NCBI GenBank assembly: GCA_965247095.1
Contig: OZ251997.1
Coordinates: 2,048,001-2,112,000, forward strand
DNA length: 64,000 nucleotides
Source: Candidatus Multivorans sp.
Lineage (GTDB): Bacteria > Acidobacteriota > Thermoanaerobaculia > Multivoradales > Multivoraceae
Reading direction: 5' to 3'
The translations under genes were made by a program, and so were the position numbers. The notes beneath the pieces are model-generated. The model was not told where the DNA came from, ran no database searches, and was given only the letters and a program-made list of their open reading frames with translations. Below are positions 15,055-24,370 of the stretch, in pieces. The first letter of the stretch is position 1; every line of letters starts with the position of its first letter.

Positions 15055-16443
15055 CTACTCCGCCTCGTCGAGCCGGCGCACCTTGATACTGCGGAACGCC
15101 ACCTCGTCGCCATGATCCTGGAGCAGGATGCGGCCCTCGGGCCACTGCCCGAACCCTTCGCGGTCGGCGAACTTGCTTGCCGCGATGGCCTCCGCGAGTT
15201 CCGGTGAGTCGCGGTCGAACTGAAGCACCGGCACATGGTTCAACCAGTGCTCCACGCGGCCATCTGCGTGGACGACGATCCGGGCGTAGTTGAACCGCCC
15301 GGGCGCCTTGACGAAGCGGGGCTGCTTGGGCGCCGGCAACAGGTCGTAGAGCGAGGCCAGGGTGCGGTTGCCGTCTCTGCCCATCTGTGCGTCGGGATTA
15401 CGGAGGTCGTCCAGAAGCTGGTACTCGAAGGCAACTGCCGCGCCGGGCGCCGAACCGTAGCCCTCCGTCACCAGGTACTTGATGCCGCTGTTCGCGCCCT
15501 CGGTGAGCCGGAACTCCAGTTGGAGCTCGAAGGCCGAGAACGACTCCCTGGTCACGATGCCGCCGCCGCGCTCCCCACCCGGCGCCGACGCGAGCACGGT
15601 CAACTCGCCGTCCCGCACCTCCCAGCCTGTCGCCGGGAAGTTCTCGCGGTGAACGCCCCGCCAGGCCTCCGTGCTCTCACCGTCGAAGAGCAGGCGCCAG
15701 CCCTGTGCCGCCTCCTCCTCCGAGAGCTGGTTCGGCCGCGTGTCGACGAGGTAGGGGAACGGCCTGCGGCTCGGCGCCAGGTTCTCCGTGCGCAGCCACA
15801 CCCGCCGGTAACGGACCTGCCTGCCGCCGCCGTCCGGTCCGACCGAGTGGACCTGGAGCGCGATGAACCCGCTCGCCGTCAACTCGTCGATCAGGAAGGT
15901 TGCCGGCACATTGTTCAGCCAGGTCCGGATCGCCGGGCCGATCGCCTCGATGTAGAGGTGGTTCCAGCCATCGGGGCGGAACGCTTCGCTCGCGGCCGGA
16001 TTCGCCGCCAGCGGAAACAGCCAGCCGCGCCGGGACTCGTCGTAGATGCCGGCTGTCCAGGCGCGTGCGCTGGGATCGATCTCTACCTGGTAGCCGTGAA
16101 CCGTGCCGTTGCGGTAGTCGGGATCGCTGTGGCTACGGATCTGGACGCCCGCGTTGAGACCCCCGTCGATCTTGAACTCCAACTGGAGCGCGAAGTCGCC
16201 ATACTCCTCGTCGGTGGCCAGGAAGGAGTTCGGCGTCTCGATGACCGCCGTGCCCACCACCACGCCGTCCTCCAGCGTGTAGTCCGCGGCGCCTCCGAGT
16301 TGCCGCCATCCCTCCTCAAGCCCCCCGGCGGTCAGATCGATCCAGCCCGAGTCGGGGGCAGGCTGCCCGAGCCCGGGCGCCGCCACACCGAGGGCGATCA
16401 GAAAGAGGGCCCAGAGTCCCGACAACGAAGAGGATTGGGGCAT
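15055..16443 (-). CDS. Secreted tandem DUF1080 (3-keto-disaccharide hydrolase-like) protein
   Basis: Signal peptide; two domains with FxLQLEF, N[AS]G[VI], and GFIALQVH / GRILLQDHG..V.FRSIKVR motifs. Confidence 0.85.
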   Translation of the reverse strand: MPQSSSLSGLWALFLIALGVAAPGLGQPAPDSGWIDLTAGGLEEGWRQLGGAADYTLEDGVVVGTAVIETPNSFLATDEEYGDFALQLEFKIDGGLNAGVQIRSHSDPDYRNGTVHGYQVEIDPSARAWTAGIYDESRRGWLFPLAANPAASEAFRPDGWNHLYIEAIGPAIRTWLNNVPATFLIDELTASGFIALQVHSVGPDGGGRQVRYRRVWLRTENLAPSRRPFPYLVDTRPNQLSEEEAAQGWRLLFDGESTEAWRGVHRENFPATGWEVRDGELTVLASAPGGERGGGIVTRESFSAFELQLEFRLTEGANSGIKYLVTEGYGSAPGAAVAFEYQLLDDLRNPDAQMGRDGNRTLASLYDLLPAPKQPRFVKAPGRFNYARIVVHADGRVEHWLNHVPVLQFDRDSPELAEAIAASKFADREGFGQWPEGRILLQDHGDEVAFRSIKVRRLDEAE

Positions 16444-16527
16444 GGGGGGCGCCAGCTTACCTTCCCGCCCTCGGGCGCTAGGATCGCCGCTTCGCGCACG
16501 ATGGGACGATCAAGAGAGGCAGCAACC

Positions 16528-17600
16528 GTGGAATCAATCGACATCCGGCCGCAGGCATTGCGGGAAGCAGCCATCACGATCCTCGACGCGGGCGGCAGCG
16601 GACCCGAGGAGGCCCGCATCGTGGCCGATCACCTCGTTCTGGCGAACCTCTCGGGGCACGACAGCCACGGGGTCGGCATGCTGCCGGCCTACGAACGGAG
16701 TCTCAGCAACGGAACACTGCATCCGAACCAGACGGTCGAGCTCGTCCGGGACGACGGCGCGATCCTGATGTTCGACGGCGGCATGGGCTACGGCCAGGTC
16801 GTCGGCCGCGAGGCGACGGCGGCGACCATCGAGCGCTGCCGCGGCACCGGCGTGGTCCTGGCGTCGGTCCGCAACTGCCACCACCTGGGGCGAATCGGCA
16901 CCTACGGCGAGCAGGTGGCGGACGCCGGCCTGGCCTCGCTCCACTTCGTCAACGTGGTCGGCCACCAGCCGCTCGTCGCGCCCTACCGCGGCACGGACGC
17001 CCGCTACTCCACGAACCCGATGTGCTTTCGCTACCCGGAAGCGACACCCAGCCGGCGATTCTCCTCGACATGGCGACCAGCCGGATCGCCCACGGCAAGG
17101 CGCGGGTGGCCCACAACCAGGGCGAAGAGGTGCCCGCGGGTTCCCTGATCGACCATCTCGGTCGCCAGACCCGCGATCCGAGCGTCCTCTTCAACCAGCC
17201 GGTCGGCGCGCTTACCTCATTCGGCGACCACAAGGGTTACGGGCTCGCGATCTTCTGCGAACTCCTCGGCGGCATGATGAGCGGCGGCCACACGGCACAG
17301 CCGGAACACGAGGTGCAGGGAACGATCATCAACAACATGTTCATGGTCGTGTTCGATCCGGAACGGTTGATCCAGCGGTCAGCCATGGAGCACGAGCTGG
17401 CCGCCCTGGTTGCCCACGTCAAGGCGTCGCCCGCCGCCGACCCGGACGAACCGGTGCTGGTGCCCGGCGAGCCCGAGCGGGCCATGCGCATCGAACGCGC
17501 CGAAGCGATCCCCGTGGACGCAGAATCCTGGCGCCAGATCGTCGCCGCCGGCGAACGGCTCGGGGTGGCGCCGGGCAAGCTCAAGGCCGTCGCTGCCTGA
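16528..17600 (+). pseudogene. Malate/lactate/ureidoglycolate dehydrogenase (Ldh_2 family, HcxB/YbiC-like), frameshifted at ~17026
   Basis: GTG start after an AGAGG SD. GHDSHGV, HHLGRIG and STNPMC are in one frame; LLDMATSRIAHGK, HKGYGLA and VLVPGEPE are in another. Adding one T to ttt at 17026-17028 restores a single ORF. Confidence 0.85.
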
Positions 17601-17707
17601 TGCCACCCAAGCCTGGATGGGCAGACGCCACCCGCGCGCCGTTCCTACGCCCTGCAAGGGACGGCGGTAGGGCCGCAGGTTCCGGGGGGCCGACGCAGCG
17701 ATGACGG

Positions 17708-18151
17708 CTAGGACGGAGCGCCGTCTGCTGTCGGGTTCAGGAGTTCGATCCCCGGAAAGCGCGTGAAGTCACGGTCGGCGCTGGCGATCGACGCACCATG
17801 TTCCACCGCCAGGGCTGCCAGGTGGGCGTCCATCACCATTGCTCCTCTGGCCTGACCACTCTCACAGAGCTCGCTCAGGATGGTCCACGTTCGCGGCCCC
17901 GGTTGAAGCAGCCGCACGTTGGGCAAAGCCAACCAGTCCTCGATCACGGAACACGCGTCCGCAGGCGCCACGGGGTGGGTGAAGACTCGGCGGTCCGACG
18001 CGATCCGGACGAAGGCCAGCAAGGTGACCAAGGCCAGAGCGATCGGCCGGCCGGACGAGAGTTCCTCTTCCAGCCAACGCCTCGATGCACGGTGATACGG
18101 ACTCTCGGCGTCGTAGGCGTAGAGGAGGAGGTTGGCGTCGACGAGGATCAC
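17708..18151 (-). CDS. vapC: VapC-family PIN-domain ribonuclease toxin
   Basis: MILVDANLLLYA, DAHLAALAVEHG and SADRDF acidic PIN motifs; 4-bp overlap with the antitoxin gene. Confidence 0.92.
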   Translation of the reverse strand: MILVDANLLLYAYDAESPYHRASRRWLEEELSSGRPIALALVTLLAFVRIASDRRVFTHPVAPADACSVIEDWLALPNVRLLQPGPRTWTILSELCESGQARGAMVMDAHLAALAVEHGASIASADRDFTRFPGIELLNPTADGAPS

Positions 18152-18393
18152 CGTCGCGCGGGACCGTCGAGCAAATCGAGAAGACCGCTCACGTCATCCA
18201 GGGAGAGTCCTGCTCGGAGCCCCATCGGACGAGCTTGCACCGTGAACGACGTGGCGAGTTGTTCTTCGCCGGGCGACTCGAAACCTCGACGAAGCGTCAC
18301 GTTCACGACTTGCTTCATGCTGGCGCCGGTCCGCGCCACCTTGTCCCGGACCTTCGCAGCGACATCGGCGTCAAGTGTCAGCGTGGTTCGCAT
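18148..18393 (-). CDS. vapB: VapB-like ribbon-helix-helix antitoxin
   Basis: MRTTLTLDADV N-terminus; 81 aa; translationally coupled upstream of the PIN toxin. Confidence 0.88.
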   Translation of the reverse strand: MRTTLTLDADVAAKVRDKVARTGASMKQVVNVTLRRGFESPGEEQLATSFTVQARPMGLRAGLSLDDVSGLLDLLDGPARR

Positions 18394-18400
18394 GCTCTGG

Positions 18401-18429
18401 ATGCTAGATCTGCGACATCATGAAGTCAA
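18401..18429 (-). promoter_or_regulatory. Promoter of the vapBC operon (leaderless)
   Basis: TTGACT-17 nt-TAGCAT, 7 nt before the ATG. CATC-N2-GATG-like dyads flank the -35 and are possible autorepression operators. Confidence 0.7.
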
Positions 18430-18557
18430 CGTTCTGTCATCGTGATGCCGAACTCAGACGCGAACCCTGCATTGCCGGCTTCAGCAACGCCGGCCAGCCT
18501 GCCCGGAGGCAGGCGGGTATGGGCGCGGGCGTGCCGCAGCCGCGGACGCCCGCCGCC

Positions 18558-19616
18558 CTAGCGCTCCGCCCCACTGAAGAACCTCCACAGCAGCTCGCCG
18601 CCGAAGTTGCCGGCGTCGTCGCGCGGCCAGACATGGGCGCCGTCCCAGGAGCAACTGCGGACGGCACGGTCTCCGGCACAGCCGGGATACTCGACGCAGC
18701 TCAACTCGCGGCGCCCGTCCCACGGCGTCTCGACCGGGACCGGCGCCGCGGCACATGACTGCGCCTCCGCCCACTTCTCCGCCACCCTAGACTGCGAGGT
18801 GTAGACGTAGCCGTCGCTCGCGTAGGAGCCATCGATCGGCACCGTGCGGTCCGCGGCGCCGCCGATCAGGAGCATCGACGGTCCCGGCTCCCCGGCCGCG
18901 CAGTTGAAGCCACGCGCCAGGTAGCCGTGCATCGGCGCCACGGCGGCCAGACGGTCGCCGAGGGCGCAGCCAAGCCGGTGGACGAACATGCCGCCGTTGC
19001 TGTAGCCGGAGGCAAAGACGCGGTCGACATCGAGGCAGAGCCCAGCCGAGAGATGATCGATGAGCGCGGAGATGTAGCCGACATCGTCGTGGCAGGAACA
19101 CCAGTTGCACGGTCCGCAGGTCCCGCATTCCGGCGGGCACGGATAGGGGCTCGCGTCCTCGCGGCAGGTCGGACCGTCGGGGCCCGGCGACGCGCTGCAG
19201 GCGAGGTCGTTCCAGGACGTGATCGTGGCGCTCCGGCTCTGGGCCGGCCGGCCCATCGGCGCCTCGAACGACGTGCTCTGCGGGAACACGAGCACGAAGC
19301 CCTCGCGGTCGGCGATCTCCGAAAGACCCGTCCAGCCGTCGCTGTGCGCTGCGCTTCCCGTGTAGCCGTGAACGTGCAGCCACAGCGGCACGGGCTCGGC
19401 GCCGTCGTAGCCGGCCGGAAGGTGGCGCCGGTAGCCGCGGGTCAGACCGTCGTACGCGAGTTCGAGGTCGACGCTTGTGCCCGGCTGCGCGGAAACCGCG
19501 AGGCCGGCGCCGGCAGATCGTGCCGAGCAGCCGGGACTCTCACCGGCGGCCAGCGGCGCGACAATGACAGCCAGCCCCACAGCGGCGGCGAGCCGCAGTG
19601 ATCGTTGTGTCGGCAT
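18558..19616 (-). CDS. Secreted LpqC/PHB-depolymerase-family alpha/beta hydrolase (esterase)
   Basis: Signal peptide; HGYTGS, GYSNGG nucleophile elbow, DRTVP and HVWP; Cys-rich insertion. Confidence 0.82.
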   Translation of the reverse strand: MPTQRSLRLAAAVGLAVIVAPLAAGESPGCSARSAGAGLAVSAQPGTSVDLELAYDGLTRGYRRHLPAGYDGAEPVPLWLHVHGYTGSAAHSDGWTGLSEIADREGFVLVFPQSTSFEAPMGRPAQSRSATITSWNDLACSASPGPDGPTCREDASPYPCPPECGTCGPCNWCSCHDDVGYISALIDHLSAGLCLDVDRVFASGYSNGGMFVHRLGCALGDRLAAVAPMHGYLARGFNCAAGEPGPSMLLIGGAADRTVPIDGSYASDGYVYTSQSRVAEKWAEAQSCAAAPVPVETPWDGRRELSCVEYPGCAGDRAVRSCSWDGAHVWPRDDAGNFGGELLWRFFSGAER

Positions 19617-19859
19617 CCAGCCGCCATCGTAGCGCGCCGGCCCTCCTTGGCCGGGCAGCATGCCCGGCAGCGTCGACTTGCCGGCAGCCGGAGACGAAAG
19701 GCCGGCCGCCGCCGCGCCAAGAACCAGAACCCGCTGCGTTCGCTACCCCGCAATGTTGTAGGCGACTAGGCAGCGAACGGTCTCTATCCTTTCTTCTTGA
19801 TGACGGCTGCCCCCGCGACCGCGTCGAGCCAGCACGACCGACCGCCGCCTCACCGGCCC

Positions 19860-20260
19860 ATGGCACGTCCCGGTTCCCGGTCATACATACGTTCCCTGTA
19901 CGCCGCTCTCGGCGCGTTCGCTCTTGTCACAACCGCCGCCGCCCAGCCGACGACCGTCACGCTCGTAACCAACACAGACGTTGCGGCGAGCACCCAAAAC
20001 TTGCTCGTTGGCGGGGCAACCGAGGCTCGGGAAGCCGTCCGTTTCACGCTCGGAAGCGGGCACTTCCTGATCGACGAGGTGGACTTCGACATCTCAAGCA
20101 CTTCGGGGCCTCCACTACGGATCTCGGCTACGCGATCCGGGTCACCGACACGGTCACCGACACGGCGACCGGCACGGTGAAGGAGTACCGGAACGAACCC
20201 GGCATGCCGGTGCCGGCCATCACCGACACCAAGGCGTTCGCCGAAGGCTGCGGGCAGTGA
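19860..20260 (+). pseudogene. Internally deleted surface-protein gene: signal peptide and N-terminus joined out of frame to the last ~50 codons of the shared C-terminal domain
   Basis: The frame encoding YAALGAFALVTTAAAQ...LVTNT..RFTLGSG switches at ~20101 to FGASTTDLGYAIRVTDT..KEYRNEPGMP..ITDTKAF.EGC, nearly identical to 22348-22497. Confidence 0.75.
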
Positions 20261-22497
20261 TGAACAACGTGATGAATGACGGTGAACTCACAATGACAAG
20301 CGCCCGGCGCCCAGCGCCCAGCTACACACCGAACTCGCCTGCCCGGCCAGGCACCCCCGCCGCACCCACGCGCCGGCCACCCCGGTTCTCAGCCCTCGCG
20401 AGGGCCGCCCTCGCCTGCGTGCTCGCCCTGGCCGCGCTCGCCACGCCGGCCCGCGCCCAGACCGCGGTCCCCGAGGACTGGAGCCTCAAGCCCACCGCCC
20501 TGACCACCGGCGACCAGTTCCGGCTGCTGTTCCTCTCCTCCACCATGCGCAAGGGCTCGTCCACCGCCATCGCGGACTACAACACCTTCATCCAGAACCT
20601 CGTCGCGGCCGGCCACGCCGACATCCAGGCCCACAGCACAGGCTTTAGGGCGGTCGGCTGCACCGAAGCCACCGACGCCCGCGACAATACCGGCACCACC
20701 TTCACCTCGACCGTCAGGGGCGTCCCCATCTACTGGCTCAACGGCGCCAAGGTCGCCGACGACTACGCGGATTTCTACGACCGCTCCTGGGACGATGAGA
20801 CCAACGAGAAGAACGAGTCCGGCGCCGACGGGCTCGATACCTCCCAGCGCGCCAACTTTCCCCTCACCGGCTGCGACCACGACGGCACCGAGTTCAACTC
20901 TCCCGGCGTCTACAAATACTCGCGTGCGCTCGGCGCGCCCAACGGTTTCAATCTCGGCCGGCCCAATACCTCCGGGAGCGGCCGCGGCCCCCTCAACGGC
21001 CACGTCATCCTGGCAACCTTCGGCACCCGCCCCATGTACGGGCTCTCGGAGGTCTTCCGTGTGGGCCCTGCCACCGTGCCCGGCGCCCCCACCGCCCTTT
21101 CGGCAGCAGCTAACGGGACCACCCGGATCGACCTCTCCTGGACCGCCCCTGCCAGCAACGGCGGCGCCGCCATCACCGGCTACAAGATCGAGGTTTCCTC
21201 CGATGGCGGCGGCAGTTGGACCGACCTCGTCCCCGACACCACCGACACCAACACCACCTACCCCCACACCGGCCTCTCCGTCGGCGACACCCGCCACTAC
21301 CGCGTCTCGGCCATCAACGCCACCGGCGCCGGCGTCGCCTCGGGCGTCGCCGACGGCACCGCCGGCCAGACGAAGGTATCGTTCGGGGCCTCCTGGTACA
21401 CAGCCGTGGAGGGCCGCGTCGGGGCGACGGTGACGGTGGCATTGAGCGCGGCGCCGTCGGCGACAGTGACGATCCCGCTGGTGGTGACGCTCCTGGGCGA
21501 CGCCACCGAGGCGGACCACTCCGTCATTCCGGCGAGCGTGACGTTCGGGGCAAACCAGACGACGACGACGTTCACCGTGACCGCGATGGCCGACACGGAC
21601 GCCGAAGGCGGCGAGACCGTGTCGATCGGGTTCGGGACGATGCCGACCTTGTTCGCGCCAGGCGCCCGCCCGACGACGAACGTGGCGCTGATCGACGGCG
21701 CCGTCCCGCCCCCGCCGGGTGACGGCGGCGGAGGAGGCGGCGGAGGTGGCGGAGGAACGCCGCCCCCGCCAGCAGAGCCGGAACCGGAACCGGAACCCGA
21801 ACCGGAGCCCGAGCCGGAGCCGGAACCCGAGCCCGAGCCGGAGCCCGAACCTGAGCCGTCGGGACCGCCGGAGGCCGCCTTCACCGTCGACGCGGAATGC
21901 CAGGACGGCCTGTGCCGGGCCCTGACCGGCGTCGCCGTGTCGTTCACGGATGCGAGCACCGGCGAGGTCCAGTCCCGGACCTGGGACTTCGGCGACGGCA
22001 CGGTGTCGCGGCGCACCGACGTCGCCCACTCCTGGCCTGAACCCGGCTTCTACGACGTCACCCTGACCGCGACCGCCGGCAGCGAGGAATCCACCGCGTC
22101 GAAGACCTTCCTCGTCGAGGCCGCCGAGCCGGCCGCGACCTGCGTGGCGGACGCGACGACCCGTTGCCTGCAGGACTTGCGCTACGCCGTCACCGTCGAC
22201 TGGCGGACCGCCGACGGCAGCGGCCAGGGCAGAGTGGTCCGCGCCGGCACGGACGACTCGGGGCTGTTCACCTTCTTCGACCCGAACAACTGGGAGGTTC
22301 TGATCAAGGTCCTCGACGGTTGCGCCCTGAACGAGCACGTCTGGGTCTTCGGCGCCTCGACCACGGACCAGGGCTACTTGATCCGGGTCACCGACACGGC
22401 GACCGGCACGGTGAAGGAGTACCGGAACGAACCCGGCATGCCGGCGCCGGCCATCACGGACACCAAGGCGTTCCCGGAGGGTTGTCGCCCGCAGTGA
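20257..22497 (+). CDS. Secreted/surface protein: N-terminal domain, FN3, Calx-beta-like, Gly/EP linker, PKD and conserved 4-Cys C-terminal domain
   Basis: Signal peptide ending ARA-Q; FN3 (LSWTAPASNGGAAITGYKIE..YRVSAIN); PKD (FTDAS..WDFGDG..H.W..PG.Y.V.LT). The true start may be ATG 20293. Confidence 0.85.
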   Translation: MMNNVMNDGELTMTSARRPAPSYTPNSPARPGTPAAPTRRPPRFSALARAALACVLALAALATPARAQTAVPEDWSLKPTALTTGDQFRLLFLSSTMRKGSSTAIADYNTFIQNLVAAGHADIQAHSTGFRAVGCTEATDARDNTGTTFTSTVRGVPIYWLNGAKVADDYADFYDRSWDDETNEKNESGADGLDTSQRANFPLTGCDHDGTEFNSPGVYKYSRALGAPNGFNLGRPNTSGSGRGPLNGHVILATFGTRPMYGLSEVFRVGPATVPGAPTALSAAANGTTRIDLSWTAPASNGGAAITGYKIEVSSDGGGSWTDLVPDTTDTNTTYPHTGLSVGDTRHYRVSAINATGAGVASGVADGTAGQTKVSFGASWYTAVEGRVGATVTVALSAAPSATVTIPLVVTLLGDATEADHSVIPASVTFGANQTTTTFTVTAMADTDAEGGETVSIGFGTMPTLFAPGARPTTNVALIDGAVPPPPGDGGGGGGGGGGGTPPPPAEPEPEPEPEPEPEPEPEPEPEPEPEPEPSGPPEAAFTVDAECQDGLCRALTGVAVSFTDASTGEVQSRTWDFGDGTVSRRTDVAHSWPEPGFYDVTLTATAGSEESTASKTFLVEAAEPAATCVADATTRCLQDLRYAVTVDWRTADGSGQGRVVRAGTDDSGLFTFFDPNNWEVLIKVLDGCALNEHVWVFGASTTDQGYLIRVTDTATGTVKEYRNEPGMPAPAITDTKAFPEGCRPQ
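21724..21858 (+). repeat. Coding low-complexity linker: Gly11 followed by (Glu-Pro)14
   Basis: A GGN run, then 14 degenerate GARCCN hexamers (21775-21858). Confidence 0.9.
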
Positions 22498-23288
22498 CGG
22501 TTTGGCCGGGCAGCGCCTGGAAGTAGCCGCCTTGCTCCACCAACTGCACAGCGACCTCGAACAGCTCGGAGAGTGCCGCGCCGGTCAGCACCTCGCCCTT
22601 CGGTCCATCCGCAAACACCCGGCCGGCCTTGAGCAGCACGACTCTCTCGACCTCGGGCGGGATCTGATCGACGTGGTGGGTAACGATGATCAGCGTTGTC
22701 CCTTTCGCCGCCAGGCGGCGCAACCGCTCCATCAGGCCGAACGCGGCGCGCAGGTCGAGGCCGGTCGCCGGTTCGTCGAGAAGCAACGTGTGCGGCTCAT
22801 GGACGAGCGCGCGCGCCAGCAGCAAGCGCCGCTGCTCGCCGGAAGAAAGACTGTCGAACCGCCGCTCCAACAGTTCGCCGGCGCCCTGACTCTCCGCCGC
22901 GGCGATTGCCCGACGCCGCTGCGCGCCGGTCAAGCCCTGGCGCCGGTAGATGCCGACGCTGGCGAAGAATCCCGAGCAAACGACGTCCAGCCCCAACAGC
23001 CATCCGTGGTGGGTCGCCTGCAGCTCGTGCGAGACGACGCCGAGCTGGCGCCGGATCTCGAACACGTTCCATCGCTCAAGGCCCAGCAGCCGCATCCGGA
23101 CGCCGGGCCTCCGCAACGGAAAAGAACTCGCCGTTCAGCATTCGCAACAGCGTCGACTTGCAGGCCCCGTTCGGACCGAGTATGGCGACGTGCTGCCCCC
23201 GGGGAAGGGCAAGCGACACACCGTCGAGGGCGCGCCGGCCGCCACGCATGACCGTGACGTGCGCGAGTTCCAGCAGGGCTTCGTTCAT
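22454..23288 (-). pseudogene. ABC transporter ATP-binding protein (ModF/YlmA-like), frameshifted at ~23120
   Basis: Walker A region GPNGACKST is in one frame; LSSGEQRR, LLLDEP and VTHH are in another. Removing one base of the aaaa run at 23120-23123 gives [13 protein letters not shown]. Confidence 0.82.
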
Positions 23289-23337
23289 GGCGCTCGGCCT
23301 GCAGCCGTTTCGGGGCTGCGGCTCGACGGGGAGTTCC

Positions 23338-24183
23338 CTACCGGCCCCGGAACCGCGGCCGCCGCTTCTCGAGGAACGCGCGGCGGCCCTCGACGTAGTC
23401 CTCGGAGCGGAAGCACTCCTCGACGAGCTCCTTCGCCCGGTCGAGATCGCGGCGCTCCGGGTCTTTCGTGGCCTGGCGGATCGCGAACTTGGCGGCGCGC
23501 AGGGTCAGCGGAGCGTTCTCGGCCATTCTTCCTGCGAGATCGCGGACGGTGCTGTCCAGCTCTTCGGCCGTCGTCACCCGGTCGATCAGGCCCATGTGCA
23601 GCGCTTCGGCGGCGTTGAAGCGGCGCGCGGTGAGCAGGATCTCGCTGGTGCGGGACGGGCCCACCAGGTCGACCAGCACCTTGATCCCGGCAAACCCGTA
23701 GCCGACGCCCAACCGGCCGGCGGGTATCCCGAAGGTCGAATCCTCCGAGGCGATGCGCAGGTCGGCGTTGAGCGCGGTGGCCAAGCCTCCTCCCAGGCAG
23801 TAGCCGCGGATCATGGCGATGAGCGGCTTCTCGAGCGCGGCGAAGGCCCGCCCCGTCTCGCGGCCGGCGCGGTCGTAGCGCTCACGGGCTTCGACGGTCG
23901 TGCGCAGCTTCTCGAACTCGGAAATGTCGGCGCCGGAAACGAACGCCCGGTCGCCCGCGCCGCGCAGCACGACGACCCGGACCGCGTCATCCTCCTGGAA
24001 GCGGCGCAGGACCGCCGCAGAGGCTTCCTGCATCTCCAGCGACAGGGCGTTACGCCGCTGCGGGTTGTTGTAGGTCAACCAGCCGACACCGCCCTCGATC
24101 TCGGCCACGATCTTCGTCGTCGGCAGGTCGATGACCGTCGGTTCGGAAGAGGCTGTCGGCGCTCTCGCTTCTACGGTCATCAT
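23338..24183 (-). CDS. Enoyl-CoA hydratase/isomerase
   Basis: [26 protein letters not shown] and [12 protein letters not shown] crotonase motifs. Confidence 0.92.
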   Translation of the reverse strand: MMTVEARAPTASSEPTVIDLPTTKIVAEIEGGVGWLTYNNPQRRNALSLEMQEASAAVLRRFQEDDAVRVVVLRGAGDRAFVSGADISEFEKLRTTVEARERYDRAGRETGRAFAALEKPLIAMIRGYCLGGGLATALNADLRIASEDSTFGIPAGRLGVGYGFAGIKVLVDLVGPSRTSEILLTARRFNAAEALHMGLIDRVTTAEELDSTVRDLAGRMAENAPLTLRAAKFAIRQATKDPERRDLDRAKELVEECFRSEDYVEGRRAFLEKRRPRFRGR

Positions 24184-24222
24184 GTTGCTCCTGCTGATCC
24201 ACGGGTCCGACGATCGTCGGAT

Positions 24223-24353
24223 GCGGGCGAGACGCCCGCGTTCCCAGGGCGGGCAGGATGCCCGCGTTCCCAGGGCGGGCAGGATGCCCGCGTTCCCAGG
24301 GCGGGCAGGATGCCCGCGTTCCCAGGGGCGGGCGAGACGCCCGCGTTCCCAGG
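24223..24353 (+). repeat. Tandem array of five 26-bp REP-like palindromic units
   Basis: Unit GCGGGC-(GAGAC|AGGAT)-GCCCGC-GTTCCCAGG at 24223, 24249, 24275, 24301 and 24328; order A-B-B-B-A; no spacers. Confidence 0.95.
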
Positions 24354-24370
24354 AAGGAATCGTCCGGCGC

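Noticed and set aside
17020-17035. Programmed ribosomal frameshift in the dehydrogenase
   Set aside because: No slippery heptamer or obvious stimulatory structure, and the family is not known to recode.
15235-17148. 637-aa fusion ORF
   Set aside because: The first ~430 codons are antisense to the DUF1080 gene; the real gene starts at GTG 16528.
19680-19800. Riboswitch upstream of the surface-protein genes
   Set aside because: Only an 8-bp inverted repeat (cgttcgct/agcgaacg) is visible; c-di-GMP and cobalamin consensus elements are not matched.
21775-21858. Phase-variable microsatellite
   Set aside because: In-frame hexamers with mixed synonymous codons; this is a protein-level EP linker that cannot shift the frame.
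20102-22497. Diversity-generating retroelement TR/VR pair (20102-20260 versus 22348-22497)
   Set aside because: Differences are not adenine-specific, and there is no reverse transcriptase in the window.
24223-24353. CRISPR array
   Set aside because: Units abut with no unique spacers, and there are no cas genes in the window.
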